43,841 bases of DNA from Folioceros fuciformis (Eukaryota): the NCBI GenBank assembly GCA_049999805.1, contig JBNGIO010006320.1:1-43841 (forward strand), given 5' to 3'. Shown here in pieces: positions 1-10,951 of the stretch (positions are counted from its first letter, which is position 1; each line of letters starts with the position of its first letter). A program made the position numbers and the translations under genes. The notes below the pieces were generated by a model that searched no databases, was not told where the DNA came from, and worked only from the letters and a program-made list of their open reading frames with translations.

Positions 1-750
1 TGCCAGTAGCCTCCGGGCTTCAGCCTCCTGCTGGCATGCCTCTGCTTCTTTTCCTCGGGCCTTGGCTTCCCGTTTTGCCTGCACACTCAGCCAGGTTAGT
101 GCCCTAGCAGCCTGGTCCAGGAGATCTGCTTGGGCCTGCACCATTGCGGCAGTCAGCCCTGGCAGATCTACCTCCTGCGTTTCTCCAACAGTCATTCCTC
201 TCGCCGTAATCTGCTTGCCCAGAAACTCCCTCAGCTTCTCCAGGTCTCCCACCTGCAGCCTACCCTTCTAAGGAATGCTCCTGAAGATTTCCTCCCATCC
301 TGAAAAAGCTCCTTGCGCCGAAACGTGCCCTAATTCGCTCTCATATCTGGGAGGAATTAATTCGGCGGCTAACGTCTGCTCCTGAGGCTCCTCCGGCCCT
401 TCTTCATCTTGCCCCTGCTCCAATCCTTGATCCGTGACTCCCTGGTCTGCGAGCTCCTGTTAAATCCCTCTAAGTTATAAAAGACTCTACAAAGCACCAC
501 ACCAAGCGAAGCCTCTCAATCTCTGAAGCAATAAATGCTTCTTAGATGGTCCATCCTCTATGTCATGCACAATTCCTCCCTTCCTTCCCCGTATGTCCCT
601 TATCACACCTTTAACTTCACTTGTATTTTTCCAGGCTTAGGCTCAATGAGAGAACTTCTAACAACTGCAGGACTGAGCCTAGAAGTTCAACACTTATCTC
701 TCATGCTACTCCTGGCTGTCACTCCCAGTCCTCTTCTCCATCGTCGCCAT
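1..750 (-). pseudogene. Decayed reading frame (~250 codons, runs off the window edge) for an E/Q/A-rich, probably coiled-coil protein; likely transposon-associated
   Basis: One minus-strand frame from ATG at 750 to base 1 (MATMEKRTGSDSQE*...QELADQGVTDQGLEQGQDEEGPEEPQEQ...AKREAKARGKEAEACQQEAEARRLLA) with 10 in-frame stops; the last ~150 codons carry only one stop. Confidence 0.5.
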
Positions 751-896
751 GCCGCCCACGCTCGAAACCTCTCCACCATTTCGCACAATGATAGTTCTAA
801 ACCCTAAACGGGTCACGCGTTCCCTACCTAGCTATCTCTAATCTAATTAGGTTATCCTTGATCTACCTAATTATACTAATTATATCTATTTGAGTG

Positions 897-1278
897 CTAT
901 TATATCTATCAAGTGCTGTTGCCGCATTGATGAGACGATAGTCCCCACACATCCGCTTTTCAGTCCAAAAGCCTCGGCTGTCCTTCTTGGGTGGAAGAAC
1001 AGTAGCGGCTGCGTAATCAGAGCTGGAAGGTCTAATCAATCCAGCCCGATACAGCTCTTGGCAACGTGCTTCCACAATCTCCCATTCAGATTGGCTCAAC
1101 CTGTGCCTGCGCCTGTAGATCGGTTTAGTGGTGTTGAGGTTGATCCTGAACGTCATGACATTGCACCTCTTCAAATCCTTCATGCTGAAGGCAAAGCAGT
1201 TCGAGTATTGCGAAAGCAGGGCCCGAATCCGCTGTTTCTGCCTTGAGTCTAGCTGGGAACCCATAATCCAATCAAAGG
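897..1278 (-). mobile_element. Ty3/gypsy LTR-retrotransposon pol fragment (linker and N-terminal reverse transcriptase), truncated
   Basis: LLSQYSNCFA...FRINLNTTKPIYRRRHRLSQSE...GLIRPSSSDYAAATVLPPKKD...KRMCGDYRLINAATALDRY matches the Ty3/gypsy RT N-terminus. Similarity stops after DRY (~897); the 5' side ends at the N-gap. Confidence 0.9.
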
Positions 1279-1378
1279 NNNNNNNNNNNNNNNNNNNNNN
1301 NNNNNNNNNNNNNNNNNNNNNNNNNNNNNNNNNNNNNNNNNNNNNNNNNNNNNNNNNNNNNNNNNNNNNNNNNNNNNN
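1279..1378. other. Assembly gap (100 N)
   Basis: Run of N. Confidence 1.
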
Positions 1379-3151
1379 CTACGCCGAGCTGATAGGATTG
1401 GTAACGAAATCTAGGGAAAGGCCGATGAACTACATCTGGGTGACACGATAGGGTATGGATGTGGGAACCCTGATCCCGAGGTCTAGTGAACACCTGGAAA
1501 GCCAAACAAAGGCTAAGCAGCCACGTCAAAGCACTCTGTAGAGGAAAAATACTGTCGACACTCCCATTTAGAGTGACAGAATGAGCAGGCTGCGATTTTT
1601 TGTGTGAAGGAATGAGCGAATCAGCTTAGTATGTGAATAAGATGGGGGTATTCATACCCAAAAGTGGCCTTGGTCTTTGGGTGTTTGGGATATCGAAGAC
1701 CACGATCTGGAAGTGGGTGAGCAAGGGTGTCCTTGGGCCTTGGTGGTTCGGGGACACTTAGGTGGTTAGAGCAACCAAATATACTTTTAGTTGGTAACAT
1801 GTTATTCACTTACATGTTACACTTTGGCTAGCAAAGAGAGTCTTTGAGTATTGGCTCTTTATTGCTCAAACCATTGTTGGGAGAAAGTTGCAAGTTAAAT
1901 CAAGCTAGCGACGTCATACCCACTAAATTCAACTTTCAAAACTTGTGCATGAATGCCTTCTACCTTTTCCCTACAACACAATCATGAGAGTTATTTTTAC
2001 AAAGTGCTAACCTCGTTCCTATCTAGCAAGGTAGAGAGATCTTTTCAACTTCTCAAATACTAGTTTCAAACTTCTTCTTTTCTATAGCAAGAGTTGGCTA
2101 ATGCCATCTACAAGATGACTTGGAAGGAGAGACGATGTTAGCAACTCCAGTAGTAGATAGACCCTTTCTCCTTATGGACCGTACATTTTAGATGCTAGTC
2201 ATTAGGCTTTAGGGAGTTAGCCCTTAGTGTCCCAATCATGAATTATCTCCTTAGTTAGGGGTAGATGAGTTTTCCATCTTGTTTTCCTAAAATAAATGAA
2301 AATTTCTTCTCTTGTATTCTTAATGAGATTAAGCATAAATGAGAGGCTGATGTAAATTATGTTAGTTCAAAGTAGGTAGTTTCCAATCCTCTTCTTTTCT
2401 TAAGGACATCAAGCATAAATAGGAAGCTAATGTTAAGTTATGTATGTTGGAAGTGATGTACGTTGGAAGCGCTATTACTGAGGGGACATTATCCATGGGT
2501 GCGAATCCTTGGCTTCCACAAAAGCTTTTGGGTTGTGGCCAAAATGCCTTGGGTGTGGTTTTTTTTTTGTAATGGAATTTTAGATTGCACTTTGTGCATA
2601 TTTCATGACTTGAAAGGATAAAATAGAAATACCTACCAAAGGCCACCATTTATTTGTTTTAAATTTTAAATCATATGCATGAAAGTTTTCAAAACATGCG
2701 TACACGTCAGATGGAACTATTTTTGATTGAAGCATTTTTGATCGAAGATAAGGGGGCCTAGACGAAGGTACAGGCCGCGTCGGGCAGTCTAATCCCAATA
2801 TGTAGTTAGGAAGTACATTATAATTATCGCAAGAAAAACATAAGCGCTTATGAAATTTCCGCTTACTTACTTAAAAATAGGTGCTCAATGCCCAAAGTAC
2901 CGCGAATTAGGCTTGGCCTTTCGGGGTTTAACAAGTGGCAGTACCCCTTCAAGTCAAGATAGCACACAGGTCTTCACTGTTGAAGCGCACACCTTGTGCG
3001 GTTTAACGAGAAGTGTTCTCTCCTTAGTATTAGAGGCTACAGCAATGAAGAATTATTGACGGAGATCAGACAGAGCTCGGACAGAGGACGCAACTCATGT
3101 TCCCTTAACGATTGGAGTCCACGTCAATCAGCGACTTATACAAAGAAGTGC

Positions 3152-6100
3152 TTACTGGATGTGACATAATTGAGAAGGACCAGTCTGAAGGAGATTCAGC
3201 CCTCGTAACAGCCTCTGCAAAGTGGAAAACATCAAATGGTGAAGGACAGGGACATAGACCTGCCTGCGTTCATGCGCAGGGGGTGTGTACTAGGAACTCA
3301 TACTCTGTGTCAAGATCAAGTAATAGGAAAAACGAACAACGTAAAAGCGCAAACCTCTTGTGTGTTAGTCATCCGCAAAAACGTCAGCTTGACATCAGGT
3401 CTGAGAGGCAAAAAAGTAGCCACCTGGGACAGCACATACTTTTGTAACCATAGTCCAACATGAAACAAACTACTCCTAGCTGCCAAATCCTTACCTCAAT
3501 GCATACAACACGCACCAAAAGCATACTCTAGTGCCCTACCCAGAAGCTGAATCTCTCAGCATCGCTCGTGCTTGGCATCTCGTCAGCCTGACTCATCCGG
3601 TCAACAAGGTTTCTCCCACGGTCTGTGATCATTTGAAAAAACAGGAAATCAGTGAGGCCCTACAAATTAGGGCTGACAAAACTGTGGTCACGACATGCTG
3701 CACCAGATCGGACAAGCTCTTGCGCACGTGTAATCCACGAACGGGCCACCTCTGCTGCGGTTTTCACAAGCTCCTGAATCTGCACAACAGAATCACATCG
3801 TAAATCAGGAATCACTACCAGCTGTTACAGCCCAGGACCATTAAGCACAAGCGGGAAACAGGAGACCTGCTTCTTTTCTTGAGACCCCTCTGCTGGGACA
3901 ACATCCTGAAGCCACTGAACTTGACCAACACTGTAACTGGAACTCACACACCACAAAACGTCCAGCTACATGAATGTGGATTTCACATTGAATCTGTACA
4001 CGCAACTTGGATAGACGTGAAGGTTCCATGAGGCATACCTATCCAGCTCCCAAGTCTTGGTGATGAGGCAGCGGCGTCTTCCTTCCACCTAAGTTCAGAG
4101 GAAAGCATCAACACCAAGCCGGCTAGACTACAGTGTCCAAGGTCAGGTGATCAATATTATGAAACTGACCTTCAGGTAGAAACGCCCATCAGGCGAAGGT
4201 CGACATCTACAGATAAGATTGTCCCATCAGATCCTCGATAGCTTTCATTTTCCCGCATCAGGTTGTATGTTAGTGAGTACTTACTCACAGATCTCTACTT
4301 CACATGCTACGTCCTCCACTGTCCCAGACACAGGATCCTTGTGAACCTGCAGCATGAATGTACACTGCAACTAAAAACCAAAACCAACCATTGCTTACGG
4401 GATGTTTTGCAATCAGGAGGTGCATGCTGGCTGAGGCTGTGAGACGTCATCACCAAGCACAGACAGAAATGTAACGTACAATGCCCATCCGATTATTGCC
4501 CTCCATGATCCTCCTCACCTGCCAGAGCTCAGGAAAAATAAGCCTCATCAACAAACACCTTGGGAAGTGGCAGCCTAAACTTTCACAGGCTTCAAGATGT
4601 GTATTAGCCTAAAGGCACGGGTTCTTGCAAGTAATATGAAACAAAAAGCTCACCATGAGACGGTAGCGGGGCTCAAATATGTGGAGATAACGTTTCTCAC
4701 ACGGCAACACCACATCCATGACAAACAAGGGCAAGATTTCCTCTCCCGCTTGAGTTATTGCATCCATTTCAGCTTTTCTTTCAGCATACTCATCCGGGAA
4801 GTTACGTTGAATGATGTTATTAAGGGTGAAACTGCATAGTGGAACACATTCTTCCATCAGCATCAACAAACAAGTCCACTTGCTCAGAGCGAAACTCTAA
4901 AGCTGCTGCCACTCGAACGACAGCAGCATGATGCATTTTAGAGTATCACCTCAGTGGATAGGTTCTGGAGGCCACGAACAAAACTGTTCTGCACATTGGA
5001 CACTTATTGCCTGCAAAAGAAAGATGCCCGTTAACATCAGGGAGATGCAACAAGCCCTGCTATTCAACTTGGAATGGCGACTTGCCGCACCGTGGTCCAT
5101 TGCCTGAAGGAGGCATGCTCGACAGAAGCTATGTCCACATGGTGTTGTTATTGGGTTGTACATCAGCTTCAGGCATAGAATGCAATCAAATTCCTCGGAT
5201 CGCTGAACCTTGGCTCGCTTCCTATAGTTAGGCAAATCTTCTGCAGCCAGATCCCGCACCCCACTTTGCAGATCCAAGCTGAATTCCATCACGAAAATAC
5301 CTCCCGGTAGATAAGAAACTTGGTGAAGTACAGACGTCTCAATTTGTGCACCAGTTTTGATTCCTTTTCAGTTAACATGATTACCTCGATGGATCGATCT
5401 GCAAACCTGAGAGAAAAACTTCTCGTGCCTCTTCATATTGCTCTAACTGCCATATGCCACCAGAAGATTTGCTTCAACACCCTGGAACAACATTGCACCG
5501 CAACCAGTTCCTACTTCTCGGTAGACAAAAACTGGAAGCCTCCAGGCCACTAAAGCAGAGGGGTATGCCCCACTAATACAACTTGCCATGACAAGTGCTG
5601 AACCTTTCCGAAAATACGCTCTCGGCCACTGATTGCAGATCTTCAAAAGTTTCTCAGCATCCTTCAGAGCTAACTGCACAGCAGGAACTATTAGCATGCG
5701 GCACATACAAGTAGACCTCGACCACCAGAGTTTCGAGCTGCTCACCTGAACCAAAGACGTAGGACCCAGCCCATACAAGGCCTTTTCTTCGGACATAGCT
5801 GAGGGTGACTTTCTCACCATCTTACTCAAGCTGGCAAGGAACAGAGAGGACAGGGCGAAGCAAGAAGCAAGTCAAGGTCCATGACAAATATGCAGTGGCA
5901 AATAAACAATTTCACCGGCCATATCCCAAATCTTCACCAGTGGCCCGTCCTAAGGGAGAGACTCCGAACAAAGACGTAATTGCACGGCATCTTCAGTTCC
6001 TATCCAAGTAGCGCAAGCTACGTTCTACCAATTCCAACATCGACCCTACCAAGCTCCCTCTCACAACAGTAGGATCGCGACCGACCCACAAAATCAAGAA

Positions 6101-6700
6101 CAAGCAAACAGCTACGATTCCTCGTACCTGCAAAACGAGGCAGATCGATTGCTCAACAGCAAAGCTGTGTGCGGGGATTGCCTGTGAAGGGCCTTCGAAT
6201 AATGGGAGATGGCCTGCTCCAGGCAAGCAGGAGACGACACAGGAAATTAAGCTGAAGAACACTACATTGGCCCGAACGACTGTCCGCAAAATCCAAGAAA
6301 ATGTTCATCGCATCTCAGGTGCTGCTCCTGCTCAGGCACCAACAAGAGCACTAAACTTCCAATTGAGCACGGGGATGCGCAGGGGTAGAACCTCTTCAAA
6401 GTTGGCGGAGCGATAAGCTGAATTGCCCAGACGAAGGAGATCCCTGGCCTCCAGGAAAGGCTTGGAGGCGGATTCCGACGTAGGACACACGCAGCAGGCC
6501 TGCAGACGGGCGCAGCAAGCAGCTGAGTACATGCCGCGCGAGACCGCGCAAAGACACACGATAGCCAGGGCACGAACCGGAAGCTCGTCATCTACGTCCC
6601 CAGTGTCAATCTGAGAGTCGGACCTGAACGCCATTGACGCCGGTGGCTGGATTGCACTACTGCGCCACCCCATCTCAGGCGGCAGGGGGAACGGAGCCAT
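3152..6700 (-). CDS. TPR + C3HC4 RING + LON substrate-binding domain E3 ligase (LONRF family, At1g18660-like), multi-exon
   Basis: Spliced exons give TPR-like GNSAYRSANFEE|AISHYSKA...LLSNRSASF and LALKDAEKL...AYFRKGSAL; RING CILCLKLMYNPITTPCGHSFCRAC...KCP; LON domain LPLFVMDVVLPCEKRYLHIFEPRYRLMVRR, PDGRFYL, VEGRRR. Last exon 3214-3152 is RLLRGLNLLQTGPSQLCHIQ*. The start ATG at 6700 is 14 bp from a gap, so the N-terminus is uncertain. Confidence 0.9.
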
Positions 6701-6714
6701 GAGTAGGCTGGGCC

Positions 6715-6814
6715 NNNNNNNNNNNNNNNNNNNNNNNNNNNNNNNNNNNNNNNNNNNNNNNNNNNNNNNNNNNNNNNNNNNNNNNNNNNNNNNNNNNNNN
6801 NNNNNNNNNNNNNN
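6715..6814. other. Assembly gap (100 N)
   Basis: Run of N. Confidence 1.
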
Positions 6815-6902
6815 GGCAAACCACAGCCACGCGACACGTTTTCCCCTTTCACAAGTCGGTAACGGATCGTTATTTACGTTCCAGAAAACGTAAGAAAGGG
6901 GC

Positions 6903-7068
6903 GTGGCTACTTCCCTTCCCACGGCCCTTCCCCATCCATCACATCCCGCCGTGGCTGCTTCCCTTCACGCGGCCCTTCCCCAACCATCACATCCCGCCGT
7001 GGCTGCTTCCCTTCACGCGGCCCTTCCCCATCCATCACATCCCGCCGTGGCTGCTTCCCTTCCCACCG
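6903..7068. repeat. 48-bp tandem repeat, ~3.4 copies
   Basis: Unit GTGGCTGCTTCCCTTCACGCGGCCCTTCCCCATCCATCACATCCCGCC starting at 6903, 6951, 6999 and 7047. Confidence 0.95.
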
Positions 7069-8231
7069 CCTCCGACATCCGTCACCTCCCGCACAAAATC
7101 CTAACCTGATTCTGAGGAATTGAGCGATGTCACGAACCTTCCTGTGGTTTATCCTTTAAATTACTGTTTATTCGCTTAAGCGTCTGTAAGAATAAAAATA
7201 GAAATGCATAGATTCTACACAGAAGACAAAGAGTGGACATGAGATACTTCCAAGGAAATCGCTACTCCATAGTCGAGCAGGATGGGTGATCACGGCATTT
7301 GCTTGCCTACTTATCAGCTACTCTGAGTAAGACAAACTTGCACACTCAAAGAGGAAAACTTAGCAGGCTACCTACGCTGCGCCGTAGAGAAACTTGCACA
7401 CTCAAAGGCAGCTACTCCAAGTGGTGGTGGAGAAACCTGCACGATCGACACAGGGAAAGTTAGGCAGCTACAGACGATTTGATGTGGAAATCAGGATACC
7501 AATAAGACGTACAAATCAGATCATGATACCAATATGACGTGGAAATTGAGATGCCGATCACCGGAGCCCCTCGGAGGGCTGGAATCCCCACCATCCTAAC
7601 CGACAGAAATGCACCTGCTTTGCAAGAATATTTAAAAGCCCTTTGTCGTTAAGCTTCTGTCTGGTATGAGATGTCCACGTACGTCATATTAGAAAGGCAT
7701 CCGGCGTCCACAATGAGTTCAACAGGCCAAAACCGATGCTGTGTTAAAGCTGGACTTGAGCTGAGCTGGAAGCAAGGAGGCGTTCTCTTGATTCCCACTG
7801 CTCGCTGCCGCACATCCTCGGCATCGTGTCCAACAGCCTGGCCCTCATCTGCTTGTATGAGTGCTTCCATCCTCCATCCCCGCATGAAATCCTACACGTA
7901 TCAACAGGCATTCGACAAATGTATACTGCGCGTTTTGTAAGACGCACAAAACACGACAGTACGACTTCCTCTGGTCTGATGGTGCATGTCATTTCCTTCC
8001 CCTTGAAATGCACGCAATTTGTTCCGCCGGACCCTGTCTGTCCAGTCGGCAGGACCAGCTTCAAAGGGGAAGACCTGCCTTAGACATCACGCTGGCTCCC
8101 GCAGAGCGACCAGGACGCGTGGTTAGCCGTGTCGTAAGTAATCAAGGGAGCCGCACAGCAGGCTAAACGGACATGCGCGCGCCTTGAACTCGTCCGACAT
8201 TGCTGCTGCACCGACTGAGCTGGAGGCTAGG

Positions 8232-8239
8232 AAACCCTA
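8232..8239 (+). promoter_or_regulatory. Telo-box (AAACCCTA) upstream of PRP31
   Basis: Exact motif ~190 bp before the ATG; telo-boxes are enriched near plant translation and RNA-processing gene starts. A single 8-mer could be chance. Confidence 0.4.
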
Positions 8240-8424
8240 GCTATTAACGAATTGATATATCTACGTACATATGCTGAAGGTCACAGCTACTCATAGGTGG
8301 ACAGGATTCCTCTTGTGTGGAACTTGTCGTATGTCGCAGGTTTGTGCCGTGTTTGAGAGACTCAGAAGTCTGCAAGAGCGGCCCTGTGAGCGTTGCGGGT
8401 GGAGAGTTGCGCGTCGCTGACAGC

Positions 8425-10425
8425 ATGAATTCCACTCTTGCCGACTCCTTCCTTGCCGACCTTGAAGATTTGTCGGACAATGAAGCCCCGTTGGAGGTGA
8501 GGTCTAAGTCTGCCCACTTCCACCATTCTGTCGTCTTGGCTGGATCTAACCTTTCCTGATCAGGCTGTGTGTGCTCACAGGAGTCGGTGGAAGGCGGAGG
8601 CCAGGATGAAGATGCGGACGAGAAGATGCAGGATGTGGCTTTGAATTATGACGATCTGGATGCCGTCGCTAAGCTTCAGAAAAGCCAGCGGTACAACGAC
8701 ATGATGAAGGTCTGGGTTTTGGGTGTCGGATTAGCTACGTGGCTCGCGTTCTACGGCAGGGCTTGACTTGTGTTTCTGACCGTGCAGAAAGTTGATGAGG
8801 CCATGAACAGCGAAACTCTCAGTTCCCGCACGGGGCTAGTGTCTGAGGATGATCCTGAGTATCAGCTTATAGTGGACTGTAATACTCTGTCGGCAGATGT
8901 TGACAACGAGATCATTGTGATACACAATTACATCAGGGACAAGTACCGCTCCAAGTTTCCGGAGTTGGAGTCTTTGGTGCTTCATCCAATTGATTACTCC
9001 CGCCTGGTGAAGAGAATTGGCAACGTGACGGATTTGCCGTTGGTAGAGCTGGAAGGGTTGCTGCCTTCGGCCACTATAATGGTTGTCTCTGTTACTGCCT
9101 CTACTACAAGCGGGAAACCCTTGTCTGAGGAGGACCTGAAGAAGACGTTGGATGCTTGCGATAGGGCTTTGGCCCTGGATGAGGCGAAGAAGAAAGTATT
9201 GGATTTTGTGGAGAGCAGGATGGGTTACATTGCTCCGAATCTATCCGCTATAGTTGGCAGCGCCACGGCAGCAAAGCTTATGGGAGCGGCTGGGGGCCTC
9301 AATTCTCTTGCCAAGATGCCGGCCTGTAACTTTTACGTTCTTGGCGTGAAGAAGAAGAGTCTGGCTGGGTTTTCCACTGCCACGGCACTTCCTCACATCG
9401 GGTTTTTGTACCATACAGAGCTTGTGCAAAGCACACCACCCCCTCTACGCTTGAGAGCATGCCGGCTGGTGGCAGGCAAGTCCACGTTGGCAGCTCGTAT
9501 AGATGCTACTAGAGGGGATCCATCAGGGCAGCATGGCAGGGAGCTGAGAGAAGAGATAGTGAAAAAGATTGAGAAGTGGCAAGAACCTCCTCCTGCCAAG
9601 CAGCCGAAGCCTTTGCCCGTACCGGACTCGGAACCTAAGAAGAAACGAGGTGGCAGAAGGCTGCGGAAAATGAAAGAGAGGTACGGCGTCTTTACTGTTT
9701 TTTTGTTCATGTTGTCGTTGCCCTACTTTAGGTATACTGCTGGTGAGTAATGGTGCATTTGTCAACTTAACGTGTGCAGATATGCCCTGACAGACATGAG
9801 AAAGCTTGCAAATCGCATGCACTTCGGGATTCCTGAGGAGAGCTCCTTAGGTGTGTAACCCCGCACTGCAGTATCCTGGGTCTGTTTGCGAGATTTGGGT
9901 CTAATTTTGTATATGAGTGTGTTCCAACTTGAGGATGTGCAGGGGATGGGCTTGGCGAAGGTTATGGTATGTTGGGACAGGCAGGAAGTGGGAAACTACG
10001 GGTCACCATCGGGCAGAACAAGCTTGCCGCTAAAGTGGCAAAGAAGTAGGAACTCTTCTTTCGCATCTTGCTGGTCAGAAACCTGTGGTTGTTTTTGTGG
10101 TTATCGCTGACCAAGGTTTTCCTTTTGCATTCTGACTTCAAAGATTCAAGGAGAAACACTACGGCAGCAGTGGAGCCACATCGGGACTTACTTCCAGTCT
10201 GGCGTTTACACCCGTTCAGGTTTTGATGAGAGTTCTGCTTTTGTCAACCAGCCGCCTCTAGTAGTGCTTATGATTCTTTTGACTTGTGTCTGAGGGCGAA
10301 GTATGTTGCGACTGCAGGGTATTGAATTATCCAATCCGCAGGCCCATGCTGCTCATCTTGCAGCTGGAACACAGAGCACATACTTTTCCAAGACGAGCAG
10401 CTTTTCCAAAATCAAGAGGATGTAG
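8425..10425 (+). CDS. PRP31: U4/U6 snRNP protein Prp31 (Nop domain), 7 exons
   Basis: Exons 8425-8496, 8581-8709, 8788-9680, 9780-9850, 9943-10045, 10144-10219, 10318-10425, all GT-AG and frame-consistent. Motifs TLADSFLADLEDL, EDDPEYQLIVDCN, FPELESLV, KMPACN, KKKRGGRRLRKMKERY, SGLTSSLAFTPVQGIEL. Confidence 0.97.
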
Positions 10426-10951
10426 GCATTTTAGAGGTGTGTTGGTGGCGGAATGTACCTGTGAAGATGCCCTGCACCTGTGGACATGTACACGCTGGGT
10501 GCTTTTGTATGTACACGGGTGAGTTTAAAGTTGAAATTTCAATGCCGGATCTTAGTTGGGTGCGTGAGTGAAAACTGCACAATACGTCGGTGTTAACATC
10601 GGTGTTGAACATCATCGGTGTTTCGTAGGCTAGCAATTGAGTCGCGAGTCCAATATCCTTGCCGTACGGATGAGTTCTTGTGTCAGTCGACGACTCAGTT
10701 TATATCGGGAAGGAGCAATTGAAGTATCTTGCGCTAAAACAATTATATTCCATCAATGAAGGAAATCCTAAATGGATACGGTCAATACAACGACGATGAA
10801 GCTCGTTTACATAACAAATCACGGTAACACTTCTTACGCCCCTCGCACGCGGCAACAACAGACGGCATCTGTCCGCAATTCAATGTAACAGATGTTGTGG
10901 AACAACCCTTACCTCTCTAGAGAAAGGGGCTGCCGTACACGGACTTAGCGC

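Noticed and set aside
1379..2750. Possible LTR/PBS or other TE remnant (e.g. TGGTTAGAGC near 1763)
   Set aside because: Probably repeat-derived, but there is no second LTR, no clean TG...CA boundary, no canonical PBS and no protein motif to classify it.
6903..7109. 68-aa ORF with PHPSHPAVAASL repeats
   Set aside because: Translation of the 48-bp minisatellite, GTG start, no other coding evidence.
7315..7560. Possible CRISPR-like repeat-spacer array
   Set aside because: Only 2-3 degenerate repeats with irregular spacing, eukaryotic context and no cas genes.
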